From Candidatus Bipolaricaulia bacterium (GTDB taxonomy: Bacteria > Bipolaricaulota > Bipolaricaulia > JBHIAT01): a stretch of 38,494 nucleotides of DNA. The stretch lies in assembly GCA_046758705.1 (NCBI GenBank), contig JBHIAT010000011.1, forward strand, positions 1 to 38,494, read 5' to 3'. Shown piece by piece: positions 26,044 to 35,871 of the stretch (positions are counted from its first letter, which is position 1; each line of letters starts with the position of its first letter). The position numbers and the translations under genes are program-made. The notes under the pieces are model-generated. The model was not told where the DNA came from, did no database searches, and saw only the letters and a list, made by a program, of their open reading frames with translations.

Positions 26044-26508
26044 ATGATGGGTGAAGGTGAAGAGATAGGGATCGAGGGGATCAAAACGGTGCTGGCCCAC
26101 CGTTACCCCTTCCTGATGGTCGATCGGGTGCTGGAGCTGGGTGAGGACCGGATCCGAACGCTCAAGAACGTCACCGTCAACGAGCCGTTCTTCCTCGGTC
26201 ACTTCCCCGATGCGGCGGTGCTGCCTGGCGTGCTCATCCTGGAGGGAATGGCCCAGTCGGCCGGCATTTGGACGTTCAGTCAGGAGCAGCATCGCGACAA
26301 ACGGGGGTACTTTGCCGGAGTGGATCGCGCCCGGTTCCGCAAACCGGTGGTCCCCGGAGATCAACTGATCTACGAGGTTCAGATCCTGAGAGAGAGACAG
26401 GAACTCATCAAGGCGCAGGCCGAGGCGTTCGTCGACGGAGAGCAGGTGGCGGAGGCGGTCATTCTGTTCACAGCGGGGGAAGAAGGTGTGATCTCTCGGC
26501 AGCGATGA
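26044..26508 (+). CDS. fabZ: 3-hydroxyacyl-ACP dehydratase
   Basis: HRYPFLMVDRV, KNVTVNEPFF.GHFP....PGVLILE.MAQ, RFRKPVVPGDQL. Confidence 0.96.
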   Translation: MMGEGEEIGIEGIKTVLAHRYPFLMVDRVLELGEDRIRTLKNVTVNEPFFLGHFPDAAVLPGVLILEGMAQSAGIWTFSQEQHRDKRGYFAGVDRARFRKPVVPGDQLIYEVQILRERQELIKAQAEAFVDGEQVAEAVILFTAGEEGVISRQR

Positions 26509-27482
26509 ACGGGGTGTTGACAGCCGGAAAGGTGGCTCAGCTGTTGCAGGCCGAGATCCTCGGCGATCCGGATCGGTGGATCACCGGGGTCGATGCACTT
26601 GAGACGGCCGGCCGGGACCAGCTGTCGTTCTATGCCGGGGAGCGACTCGAGGCGCTCAGAGACAGTGCCGCCGGGTCGGTTATCTGCTCGGTGAGGCTGA
26701 TATCCGAGCTGCGCCGGAGGGGTGACAGGACGTTCATCCTGGTGGAGGATCCCAGGTTTGCGTTCGCCCGCGTTCTACGTCACCGGTTTGCCCCCGGTCC
26801 TCCCGGCCAGGGAGTCCATCCCACTGCGGTGGTTGAGTCGGATGTCGAACTCGGGTCGGCGGTGTGGATCGGGGCCGGCAGTTATCTCGGAACTGGGGTG
26901 ACCGTCGGAGCTCACAGCCTCATCTATCCCAATGTCACTATCTATGCGAACACCCGGATCGGGAGACGTGTGGTGATCCATGCCGGGACCGTCATCGGAG
27001 GGGACGGCTTCGGATACGTCAAGGGAGAGGGAGGCCGCCACGAAAAGTTCCCGCAACTCGGAAACGTGGTGATCGAGGATGAGGTAGAGATCGGGTCCAA
27101 CGTCTCCATCGACCGGGGTACGCTGGGCAGTACCGTCATCGGAGCCGGCACTAAGATTGACAACCTGGTCCAAATCGGCCACAACGTGAAGATCGGCAGG
27201 AACTGTATTATCATCGCCCAGACTGGCATCGCGGGCAGTTGCCATATCGGAGACGATGTGATCATCTTAGGGCAGGTCGGGATCACCGACCATGCCAGGA
27301 TCGGAGATGGTGCGATGATCGCGGGCAGATCCGGTGTGACCAAGGACATCCCCGCCGGGGCGACCGTCGCCGGCTATCCGGCGAGGCCCTTGCACAAGCA
27401 TCTTGAGTCTCAGGCGCTCCTCAACAAGCTGCCTAAGTACCTCAAAGCGATCAAGAAGGAGTTAAGAGATGAGCCACATTAA
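26505..27482 (+). CDS. lpxD: UDP-3-O-acyl-glucosamine N-acyltransferase
   Basis: N-terminal uridine-binding domain, hexapeptide repeats, GGDGFGY, IDRGTLGST, KIDNLVQIGHNV, GYPA. ATGA overlap with fabZ. Confidence 0.95.
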   Translation: MNGVLTAGKVAQLLQAEILGDPDRWITGVDALETAGRDQLSFYAGERLEALRDSAAGSVICSVRLISELRRRGDRTFILVEDPRFAFARVLRHRFAPGPPGQGVHPTAVVESDVELGSAVWIGAGSYLGTGVTVGAHSLIYPNVTIYANTRIGRRVVIHAGTVIGGDGFGYVKGEGGRHEKFPQLGNVVIEDEVEIGSNVSIDRGTLGSTVIGAGTKIDNLVQIGHNVKIGRNCIIIAQTGIAGSCHIGDDVIILGQVGITDHARIGDGAMIAGRSGVTKDIPAGATVAGYPARPLHKHLESQALLNKLPKYLKAIKKELRDEPH

Positions 27483-28476
27483 TCACCGGGTAAGAATGGG
27501 CGTCATCGGGGTGGGGGTGATGGGGAACTACCATCTCAAAAACCTGTACAATCTCTCTGATGTCGAGGTCGTCGCCATCTGTGATATAGATGAGCAAAGG
27601 CTTGAGGATCTGAGCGCGCGGTACCAGGTCCCTGGGGTTCTCGACTATCGGGAGCTGTTGGACCAAGTGGACGCGGTCTCGATCGCCACGCCGACCCACA
27701 CCCACTACTGGATCGTCCGGGATTTCCTGGAACATGAGGTCGATGTTCTCGTCGAAAAACCCATGACACGGTCCCTAGAGGAGGCCAAGGAACTGATTCG
27801 GATCAAGGAGGAGCAGGGGCTGGTCTTAGAGATCGGCCATGTGGAACGGTTCAATCCGGGGGTCCACGTTCTGAAGGAGTACATCAGAGATCCTATCTAC
27901 ATCGAATCGCGGCGTCAGGGTCCGTTCACCGAGCGAACCTCCGACATCGGGGTCATCTTGGACCTGATGCTCCACGATCTTGATATTATTCTCGACCTGG
28001 TCGCCTCACCGATCGAGGAGATCAACGCGATCGGCATCTCGGTCTATTCGGACTTCGAGGACATCGCCAACGTCCAGCTCTCCTTCGAGAACGGCTGCAT
28101 CGCTAACCTGACCGCCAATCGGGTCTCCCCCCAGAAGGAACGAAAGCTGAAGGTCATCCAGGACAGCACACTGCTCTCCCTCGACTATATGGAGCGGGAT
28201 CTGGTCATCTACCGGGCGGAGGAGTTCGACTACCCTTACAAACAGGAGGGGGTCGAGTATACCGAGCGGATCTCAACGGAACGTATCTCCGTCGACTCGG
28301 GCAACCCTCTGCTGGAGGAGCTCAAGTACTTCCTGGCGAGCGTCCGGAGTCGCCAGGACGGTCATGACATCCGTCCGATATCAAATTCCCAAGATGACCT
28401 CACCATGCTCGAGTTGGTCTCCGAGATCCTGGAGCGGACCAAGATCCAGAAGATCAAGATGCGGGCGAAACGATAA
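27469..28476 (+). CDS. Gfo/Idh/MocA oxidoreductase, GnnA/WlbA-like UDP-GlcNAc(A) 3-dehydrogenase
   Basis: GVIGVGVMG..H, VEKPM, GHVERFNP and DLMLHDLD motifs. Embedded between lpxD and lpxA. Confidence 0.8.
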   Translation: MSHINHRVRMGVIGVGVMGNYHLKNLYNLSDVEVVAICDIDEQRLEDLSARYQVPGVLDYRELLDQVDAVSIATPTHTHYWIVRDFLEHEVDVLVEKPMTRSLEEAKELIRIKEEQGLVLEIGHVERFNPGVHVLKEYIRDPIYIESRRQGPFTERTSDIGVILDLMLHDLDIILDLVASPIEEINAIGISVYSDFEDIANVQLSFENGCIANLTANRVSPQKERKLKVIQDSTLLSLDYMERDLVIYRAEEFDYPYKQEGVEYTERISTERISVDSGNPLLEELKYFLASVRSRQDGHDIRPISNSQDDLTMLELVSEILERTKIQKIKMRAKR

Positions 28477-28478
28477 CG

Positions 28479-29273
28479 ATGAAACGCATTGAGGTCCATC
28501 CGACGGCGATCCTCGATCCCAAAGCGGTGTTAGGACCGGGTGTGGAGATCGGCCCATTCTGTGTGATCGCCGGAGACGTTCAGCTCCAGGCGGATGTCAA
28601 GCTCGCGTCTCGGGTCACCATCCGACCCGGTGTCGTGGTCGGGGCGGGCACGGACATCTCGGAAGGGGTGGTGATCGGCGGGGATCCGCAAGATCTCAGC
28701 TACAATGGGGAGGAAACTGGCGTCCGGATCGGAAAACAGAACGTCATCCGCGAATACGTGACCATCCACCGGGCCACCGGTGAGGGTAAGGAGACGGTCA
28801 TCGGGGACTGCAATTACCTGATGGCCTACACTCATGTTGGCCACAATGGGAGAATTGGAAATTACAATCAGTTCGCCAACAACGCGGCGTTCGGCGGACA
28901 TTGCGAGGTAGGAGATCATGCCGTCATCGGCGGAATGACCGGCGTCCATCAGTTCGTGAAGATCGGGAGCTTTGCCATGGTCGGTTTTCATTCGAAGCTG
29001 ACCCAGGATCTCCCTCCGTATCTGCTCGCCGATGGGCGTCCTGCCCGCATCCGCGGGATCAATGGGGTGGGCTTGAAAAGAAACGGTTTCTCATCTGAAA
29101 AGAGACGGATCATCAAGCGCATTTATAAAGAGATCTTCCGGGCAAAGGTGAACTTACGGGAAGGGAAGAAGCGGATGAGAGCGTACCTTCAGGGGGCAGA
29201 TGGGGGCGAACGAGACGTGCTCGAAACCTTGTTAAACTTCTTGGAGAGAAGCGAGCGAGGGATCTGTGTATAA
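28479..29273 (+). CDS. lpxA: acyl-ACP--UDP-N-acetylglucosamine acyltransferase
   Basis: VHPTA, GGDPQDL, IREYVTIHRAT, HVGHN, GGH, VHQFVKIG, GING.GLKR.GF, RGI. Confidence 0.95.
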   Translation: MKRIEVHPTAILDPKAVLGPGVEIGPFCVIAGDVQLQADVKLASRVTIRPGVVVGAGTDISEGVVIGGDPQDLSYNGEETGVRIGKQNVIREYVTIHRATGEGKETVIGDCNYLMAYTHVGHNGRIGNYNQFANNAAFGGHCEVGDHAVIGGMTGVHQFVKIGSFAMVGFHSKLTQDLPPYLLADGRPARIRGINGVGLKRNGFSSEKRRIIKRIYKEIFRAKVNLREGKKRMRAYLQGADGGERDVLETLLNFLERSERGICV

Positions 29274-29316
29274 ATAGCACGTCGCTAAAGCTAAAACTTG
29301 CGAGACGGGGTAGGGA

Positions 29317-30639
29317 ATGGGCGTCGATACCTCCAACCTGGAGCTGGAAGGCAAAAAAGTCACCGTGATCGGGGCAAAAACGACCGGTAAGGCGGTTTGC
29401 CGGTTCTTGGTCGAGCACGGCGCACTGCCGTTCGTCAGCGAAGCGGGCCCTATCGATCGAGATTACTTCGACGCGCTCGACGTCGAATACGAGGAGAACG
29501 GTCATACCGATCGAGCCCTCTACGCCGATTGGATCGTCCTCAGCCCTGGCGTTCCCTTGGAAAGCCCGATCGTGAAACAGGCCAAAGCCCGCGAAATTCC
29601 CGTCATGGGTGAGATCGAGCTGGCCTATCGGTTCCGTAACAGCGAAAGGATCATCGCCGTGACCGGGACCAACGGGAAGACGACAACCACCCGTCTGATC
29701 GAGGCATTGCTGCGGGGACACCGCCGGGTGGTCGCTGGGAACATCGGCACCCCGTTCATCAGCGTGTTGGACTGGATCGACCGGGATACCTGGGTCATCC
29801 TGGAGATCAGCAGCTTTCAGCTGGAGACGATCGATGCGTTCCGTCCTCACATCAGTCTCCTTCTGAACGTATCGCCCGATCACCTCGACCGACACAGTAC
29901 GCTGGCGCGATACACGGCGATCAAGCGCCGGATCATGGAGAACCAGACGCGGAACGACTGCGCGGTCGTGAGCCAGCAGCTTCCGTTCTACCGGGAGCTG
30001 GCAACGTCCACCGGGCTCCAACCTCGACTGCTCCCGTTCGACGGACTCGATTTGGGTTTGGGGGATCTGGATCTCCCTGAGCATCTGGCCCAGGACGTGC
30101 GTGCCGCCCTGCAGGTCGCCCGACTGGTCGATCCGGACGTCTCCCCGGACGGGGTGTTAACCAGGCTGATGCTTCCTCATCGGCTTGAACCGGTCGCTGA
30201 GATCGATGGAGTCCGGTTCTACAATGATTCCAAAGCGACCAATGTTGGGGCGGCGGCGGCGGCGATCTGCTCATTCAAAGCGCCGCTCCTCCTGATCCTG
30301 GGAGGACGGATGAAGCAGGGGAAGGAGAAAGGAAGCTTGCAGTCCCTGTGCGGGTTGATCCGAAGCCAAGGGGTGAAGGCGGTCCTGCTGGTGGGGGAGG
30401 CGCGAGATCGGCTGGCAGGAGGCCTCAGGGCCGTTGGCTATAAACGGTTCCGGGCGGTCGAGGATCTGAACGAAGCGGTTGAGCAGGTGTTCGCGACGGC
30501 GGAGCCGGGCGATGTGGTGTTGCTTTCGCCTGCCTGTGCCAGTTATGATATGTTCCAGAATTACCGGGAGCGGGGCCGGGCGTTCAAATCGGCAGTGTAC
30601 CGGCTCAAGGCCCGTCACCGTGACCGTGGAGGTGCATAG
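29317..30639 (+). CDS. murD: UDP-N-acetylmuramoyl-L-alanine--D-glutamate ligase
   Basis: SPGVP, VTGTNGKTTT, GNIG, EISSFQL, DHLDRH, HRLE, NDSKATN, LLSPACASYD.F.NY..RG..F. Confidence 0.96.
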   Translation: MGVDTSNLELEGKKVTVIGAKTTGKAVCRFLVEHGALPFVSEAGPIDRDYFDALDVEYEENGHTDRALYADWIVLSPGVPLESPIVKQAKAREIPVMGEIELAYRFRNSERIIAVTGTNGKTTTTRLIEALLRGHRRVVAGNIGTPFISVLDWIDRDTWVILEISSFQLETIDAFRPHISLLLNVSPDHLDRHSTLARYTAIKRRIMENQTRNDCAVVSQQLPFYRELATSTGLQPRLLPFDGLDLGLGDLDLPEHLAQDVRAALQVARLVDPDVSPDGVLTRLMLPHRLEPVAEIDGVRFYNDSKATNVGAAAAAICSFKAPLLLILGGRMKQGKEKGSLQSLCGLIRSQGVKAVLLVGEARDRLAGGLRAVGYKRFRAVEDLNEAVEQVFATAEPGDVVLLSPACASYDMFQNYRERGRAFKSAVYRLKARHRDRGGA

Positions 30640-30643
30640 CAGG

Positions 30644-31852
30644 GTGGAGCGCAATCCTCCCGATTTCGGTCTGTTCATGATCGTGCTGATGCTGTTGGCC
30701 CTGGGGTTGGTGATGATCTACAGCGCCAGCGCGAGTTTCTCCGACGCGCGCTATGGGCAGCCTCAGTATCTGCTGATGAGGCAACTGGTCCACATCCTGA
30801 TCGGGCTGGGTGCGGTGCTCGTCTTGATGCACTTCGATTACCGAAACCTCAGGACGATCGCCACCCTGCTCCTGTTGGCAACGATCGGGCTTACCGGCCT
30901 GAGCTTGATCTCCCAGGTCGGCCGGTCGTTGGGGACAGGCGCGAGCCGGTGGCTGGAGTTCGGTCCGATCTCGTTCCAGCCGACGGAGATCCTGAAGCTC
31001 GGCTTGGTTCTGTTCATGGCCACCTCGCTCGCCCGGAAGGGGAAGCGGCTGGGGAAGCTCACCGAAGGGATGTTGCCTTACCTGATGATCATGGGGATCA
31101 TCATCCTCCTCGTCCTGGGTCAGCCCGACTTCGGGATGGCGATGTTCTTGGGAATGATCGGGATCGTGATGATGTTCGCCGGGGGGATTCCTACGCGCCA
31201 GCTCTCTGCCCTCCTGCTCGCCGGCCTGCCGTTCGTCTACGCGCTGATATTCTACTCCCCCTATCGTCAGCAGCGGATCCTGGCATTCTTGGACCCGTTA
31301 CAGTACGGTAATGAGGGCGGTTACCATATCATCCAATCGCTCGTCGCCGTCGGTTCCGGTGGGGCGTTCGGTCGGGGGTTGGGGGCAAGTCGTGAGATCT
31401 TCTACCTGCCGGCCGGCTACAACGACTTCATCTTTGCGCTCATCTCCGAAGAGCTGGGGTTGATCGGGGGGGGGGTGGTGGTGGTCCTGTTTGGCCTGCT
31501 TGGCTACCGAGGGATGCGGATCGCGCTGCGCGCACCGGATCGTTTCGGCGGCTTGCTCGCCTTCGGACTCACCTTCGCGCTCGTCTTCCAGGCGGCGCTC
31601 CACATCGGAGTGACGATCGGGATCCTGCCGGTCACCGGGTTGACCTTGCCGTTCATCAGCTACGGTGGCTCATCACTGATCGTCAGTTTGGCAATGATCG
31701 GGGTGTTGTTGAATATCTCTCGAGCAACCGGCCGCAGCGAACCGAGTTGGAAAAGAGAAAGACGAGGAAGGGGGGGGCGTGAACATCCTCGTGTCGGGAG
31801 GCGCCACCGGCGGTCACCTCTATCCCGCAATCGCGATCATCGACAGGCTTAG
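30644..31852 (+). CDS. ftsW: SEDS family peptidoglycan glycosyltransferase FtsW
   Basis: MIYSAS, GASRW, FQPTE..K, QPDFG, GYHIIQS, DFIF, LPVTGLTLPFISYGGSS. GTG 30644 follows GGAGGTG at 30628-30634. Confidence 0.95.
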   Translation: MERNPPDFGLFMIVLMLLALGLVMIYSASASFSDARYGQPQYLLMRQLVHILIGLGAVLVLMHFDYRNLRTIATLLLLATIGLTGLSLISQVGRSLGTGASRWLEFGPISFQPTEILKLGLVLFMATSLARKGKRLGKLTEGMLPYLMIMGIIILLVLGQPDFGMAMFLGMIGIVMMFAGGIPTRQLSALLLAGLPFVYALIFYSPYRQQRILAFLDPLQYGNEGGYHIIQSLVAVGSGGAFGRGLGASREIFYLPAGYNDFIFALISEELGLIGGGVVVVLFGLLGYRGMRIALRAPDRFGGLLAFGLTFALVFQAALHIGVTIGILPVTGLTLPFISYGGSSLIVSLAMIGVLLNISRATGRSEPSWKRERRGRGGREHPRVGRRHRRSPLSRNRDHRQA

Positions 31853-32897
31853 GTCGCTTTCGGCCGTGGATCGGGTCGGTTATGTGGGAACCGGCCGGAG
31901 CATCGAGGCGCGTGTCCTGCGTCGCGTGCCGGGGATAGAGCAGTTCTCGATCCGATGCCGAGGATTCGAACGGGGGCGCTATACGACGTATCCGGGGACG
32001 ATCGGATGGTTGCTGGTGGGGTTGCTCCAGAGCCTGATCATCATTCTCAGATTCCGGCCGGGGTTGATTCTGGGGATCGGGAGCTATGCGGAATTTCCGA
32101 TCCTGTTTTGGGGGATCTTATTTCGGATCCCAACCGCTATCCACGAGCAGAACGTCCTCCCTGGCCTGACCAACCGACTGCTGGCTCCCTGGGTCAATCG
32201 CATCTTCCTCTCCTATGAGGCGTCGTTGACGTACCTGAGTCGTCGGGCCCGCCAGCGGAGTGTCATCACCGGAAATCCGGTTAGGAAAGAGATTTTAGAC
32301 GATGAGGCCGCGCCGCCCCTCGGGGGGATGGGCCTTGATCCACGAAAGCGGACTGTGCTCGCGTTTGGCGGATCCAGGGGCGCCGATGTGCTTAACGATG
32401 CGATCCTGCGCAGCCGACATAAGTTTGATCAGATGGGAGATCTACAGATTTTGTTGGTGGTCGGAGAGAATGGAAACGTTGAAAAGATCAGAAAAAGCTT
32501 GCAAAAGGAGAGTATCGAGAGTATAATAGTGCAAAAGTATATCCATAAAATAGGGGAGGCTTTAGCGGCAGCTAATTTGGCCGTTTGTCGGGCGGGGGCG
32601 ACCACACTTGCCGAACTCTCCGTCCGAGGGATTCCTTCGATATTGATTCCGTGGCCAGAGGCTGCAGAGAACCATCAGGAGGCCAACGCTCGGTTCTTCG
32701 AAAAGGAGGGGGCGAGCTGCCTCGTTGAGGAGGTGATGCTCGCTCAGATCGATCTCGCCGAGCTTGTCGCGGAGCTCATCCGCGATGGGGAGCGACTGGA
32801 GCGAATGAGGCGTCACAGCAGGGCCCTCGGCAAGAGCCACCGGGATGCACTCACCCGGATCATTCAGCACATAGAGGAGTTAACGAATGAGCAATGA
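31779..32897 (+). CDS. murG: undecaprenyl-PP-MurNAc-pentapeptide GlcNAc transferase
   Basis: GGATGGHLYPA, HEQN..PGLTN, TGNPVR, GGSRGA, RAGATT..E, HQ..NA. Confidence 0.96.
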   Translation: MNILVSGGATGGHLYPAIAIIDRLRSLSAVDRVGYVGTGRSIEARVLRRVPGIEQFSIRCRGFERGRYTTYPGTIGWLLVGLLQSLIIILRFRPGLILGIGSYAEFPILFWGILFRIPTAIHEQNVLPGLTNRLLAPWVNRIFLSYEASLTYLSRRARQRSVITGNPVRKEILDDEAAPPLGGMGLDPRKRTVLAFGGSRGADVLNDAILRSRHKFDQMGDLQILLVVGENGNVEKIRKSLQKESIESIIVQKYIHKIGEALAAANLAVCRAGATTLAELSVRGIPSILIPWPEAAENHQEANARFFEKEGASCLVEEVMLAQIDLAELVAELIRDGERLERMRRHSRALGKSHRDALTRIIQHIEELTNEQ

Positions 32898-34302
32898 ACA
32901 TCGCTCCGTGCATTATTACTTTATCGGTATCGGTGGGGATGGTATGAGTGGGTTGGCGCAGATCCTCCTCGAACAGGGGGCGCGGGTCAGCGGGTCGAAC
33001 ATCGAGGAGAATTCGAAGACGGAGGAACTGCGCTGCCGTGGCGTGAGGGTCCACATCGGTCATTGGGCGGATCATCTGGCGGACGGGGCCGATGTGGATA
33101 TGGTGGTGGTCTCCTCAGCCATCCGGGAGGATAATATCGAGCTGGTGGAGGCCCGTTCCCTCGGTATCCCGATCTTGAAGCGTCTGGAGATGCTGGCCCA
33201 GTTGATGAAGTCCCATCGATCGATCGGTATCACCGGGACTCATGGGAAGACGACGACCACCACGATGGCCTCGATGCTGTTGGAGCATGGTGGGTTTGAT
33301 CCGACGTTCCTGATCGGGGGGGAGTCCGATGAGCTCGGGGGAAACGCCAAACTGGGAGCGGGGGAGTACCTGGTCGCCGAGGTGGACGAGAGCGACGGTT
33401 ACTTCCTGACGCTCGAGCCGTATACCGTCGTGGTCACCAACATCGACCGGGATCATCTCAACCACTACCGTGATGAGCGCGCCTTGCGCCGCAGCTTCAC
33501 CCACTTTATCGAGAAGGTGCCGGACGATGGCCGGGCGATCCTCTGCTATGATGATTCCTATATTCGGGAGATTATCCGGAAGTTGAGTCGGCCTTATCTG
33601 AGCTTCGGAATCGTGGGGAATGGAGACAGGCACGGGGAGGCAGACCTGGTCGCGGAGGAGATCCGAAGAGATCGGCTCGAAACCTGGTTCCGCTTCAGTT
33701 TCCGCGGGGAAACATATGGGGAGGTCAAGCTACCGATTCCCGGCCGTCACAACGTCTACAACGCCCTGGCGGCCATGCTGGTCGGGTGGGAGGTGGGGAT
33801 GTCGTTCGCTGAGATGGCGGCCATCCTGGAGAATTTCGCACCACCTCAGCGCCGATTCCAGCTGTTGAACCAGACGAACGGACGGATCGTGGTCGACGAC
33901 TACGCCCACCTGCCCGCGGAGATCGAGGCGAACCTGGAGGCGATTCGGGAGGGATGGAAGGGGGTGCGGCTGATCGCCATCTTTCAACCGCATCGGTTTA
34001 CCCGAACTCAGTATATCAACGGCCGATTTGGTAGCTCCTTCGACCTTGCTGATACCGTCATCGTCACCGACATCTATCCCGCCTTTGAGGATCCCATCCC
34101 CGGCATCAACGCGTCGATCATTGTCAATTCAATCGCGGCTCATGGCCATGACCGGGTCCACTATATCCCAGACCAGGTGGAGATCTTCGATTACCTGAAG
34201 CAACACTCGCAAAGCGGGGACTTCATCATCAGCTTCGGCGCCGGTGATATCTGGAAGGTCACCCAGCAGTTTGCCAATCACCTAAAACATGCCAGAACTT
34301 GA
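32887..34302 (+). CDS. murC: UDP-N-acetylmuramate--L-alanine ligase
   Basis: FIGIGG.GMSGLA, VSSAI, GTHGKTTTT, EVDESDG, DDYAH.P.E, FQPHRFTRT, GAGDI. Confidence 0.96.
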   Translation: MSNEHRSVHYYFIGIGGDGMSGLAQILLEQGARVSGSNIEENSKTEELRCRGVRVHIGHWADHLADGADVDMVVVSSAIREDNIELVEARSLGIPILKRLEMLAQLMKSHRSIGITGTHGKTTTTTMASMLLEHGGFDPTFLIGGESDELGGNAKLGAGEYLVAEVDESDGYFLTLEPYTVVVTNIDRDHLNHYRDERALRRSFTHFIEKVPDDGRAILCYDDSYIREIIRKLSRPYLSFGIVGNGDRHGEADLVAEEIRRDRLETWFRFSFRGETYGEVKLPIPGRHNVYNALAAMLVGWEVGMSFAEMAAILENFAPPQRRFQLLNQTNGRIVVDDYAHLPAEIEANLEAIREGWKGVRLIAIFQPHRFTRTQYINGRFGSSFDLADTVIVTDIYPAFEDPIPGINASIIVNSIAAHGHDRVHYIPDQVEIFDYLKQHSQSGDFIISFGAGDIWKVTQQFANHLKHART

Positions 34303-35194
34303 GGGGATTATTCGGGGAACAGTCAGATACAATGAGGATCTCAGCGTCCATACCTCGCTCAGGGTCGGAGGCCGGGCCCGCTACTTCGTGATCCCCGAGG
34401 GGATCGATGAGTTGAGAGAGATCCTGAGGTTTGCCGTGGCCCGGAATCTCCCGTGGCAGATCATCGGCAATGGTACCAACCTCATCTTCCCGGAGGTGGG
34501 CTACTCCGGAATCATCATCCAACTCGGTAGCGGGTTCAGGGGGAGAGGCCTGGATCTGGAACGGGATCGACTCCGACTCGGCGCCGGGGAGAACCTACAG
34601 AGCGTGATTCACTATCTGAACCGCTGCTATGGCTCGAGTCCGTTTGATCTTTTGGTCGGCATTCCTGCGACGATCGGCGGGGCGCTGATCATGAACGCCG
34701 GGGTGCCGCAGGGAACCATCGGTGATCTCGTCTCGTGGGTCCGGGTGGTGGATCGACAGGGCAACCCCATCTGCTTCTCCAAACAGGCATGCGGTTTCAG
34801 CTATCGAAACAGCCGGTTCAAACAGAGTCATGATCTGATCATCGTTGAGGCGGAATTCGTTCTGAGCCGTCGTGACAACCGGTTGCCAAGCGCCAGGACG
34901 CTGTTAAAGCAGCGGATGCGGGAGCAGCCGCTCGACGAGCCGTCCGTGGGATGCATCTTCAAGAACCCCAATCACAAGCTGACCGCAGGCCAGTTGATTG
35001 ACAAAGCCGGTTTGAAAGGCTATAAAGTGGGGAGAGCGGCCGTCTCGACTAAGCATGCCAACTTCATCATTAACGAAGGGGGCGCACGGAGCTGTGATGT
35101 CCTCAGGTTGATCGAAATCATTCAGGAGAGGGTGTATGAAAGATTCGGAGCCGAACTGGAGCCCGAAGTAGAGATCGTTCAGCAAGATTTTTGA
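34289..35194 (+). CDS. murB: UDP-N-acetylenolpyruvoylglucosamine reductase
   Basis: HTS.RVGG, GNGTNL, GIPATIGGA..MNAG, FSYRNS, QP...PS.GCIFKNP, KHANFIIN, LEPEV. Confidence 0.95.
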   Translation: MPELEGIIRGTVRYNEDLSVHTSLRVGGRARYFVIPEGIDELREILRFAVARNLPWQIIGNGTNLIFPEVGYSGIIIQLGSGFRGRGLDLERDRLRLGAGENLQSVIHYLNRCYGSSPFDLLVGIPATIGGALIMNAGVPQGTIGDLVSWVRVVDRQGNPICFSKQACGFSYRNSRFKQSHDLIIVEAEFVLSRRDNRLPSARTLLKQRMREQPLDEPSVGCIFKNPNHKLTAGQLIDKAGLKGYKVGRAAVSTKHANFIINEGGARSCDVLRLIEIIQERVYERFGAELEPEVEIVQQDF

Positions 35195-35868
35195 GGCGGG
35201 TGGTGTTCACCACGCTGATGACCACCAGCCTGGGTGTAGGTCTTCCCTGGCTATTGCTGGGGAGTGATCTGTTGGAAGTTCATCAGGTCTCGGTGAGGGG
35301 TGGCCTCGAACGCCTGAGCCCAGCGATGATCATTGAAGCCAGTGGGCTCGCCCCTGGTGTGAACATGTTGCGGGTTGACCTGGAGGAAGCGAAACAGAAT
35401 ATCCTGGCGTTGTGGCCGGTCCGAGAGGTCAACATCCGACGGATTTACCCCCATCAGATCCGCATAGAGGTGCAAGAGCGCCATCCCTCTGCTATAATAG
35501 CCTTGGACAGAGCGAGTTATCTGATCGATCGTTCAGGCCGTCTCCTGGAACCAGTCGATCGACCGATGACCGATCTGCCGCTGATTACCGGGGTGAGGGT
35601 GACCTCTGACGCCGGGGAGAGGCAGGTGGTAGAGGCCCAGATGGTGGAGCGATTTCTCAACCTGGATCCGGATCTCCTGTCCCGGTTTCGGGAATTGCAT
35701 CTGCAAGATCCGAATCACACCCGCCTGTATACGAAGGGTGGCATGGAAATCCGGTTGGGGTCTGTTGAGAACCTATGGAGATATCTGGATGTGATCGTCG
35801 GGACCCTGGACCGATTCCAATATATGGATCTGCGTTTTGATCAAGAGGTTGTCGTCAGAAGGTGGTGA
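35191..35868 (+). CDS. ftsQ: cell division protein FtsQ/DivIB
   Basis: N-terminal TM, POTRA-like R.YP..I.I.V.ER.P, LPLITG and YMDLRF. Positioned between murB and ftsA. Confidence 0.88.
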   Translation: MRRVVFTTLMTTSLGVGLPWLLLGSDLLEVHQVSVRGGLERLSPAMIIEASGLAPGVNMLRVDLEEAKQNILALWPVREVNIRRIYPHQIRIEVQERHPSAIIALDRASYLIDRSGRLLEPVDRPMTDLPLITGVRVTSDAGERQVVEAQMVERFLNLDPDLLSRFRELHLQDPNHTRLYTKGGMEIRLGSVENLWRYLDVIVGTLDRFQYMDLRFDQEVVVRRW

Positions 35869-35871
35869 GAG

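Noticed and set aside
31466..31475. G10 tract in ftsW as a phase-variation switch
   Set aside because: The frame is intact (IGGGV) and the gene is normally essential, so there is no support without read data.
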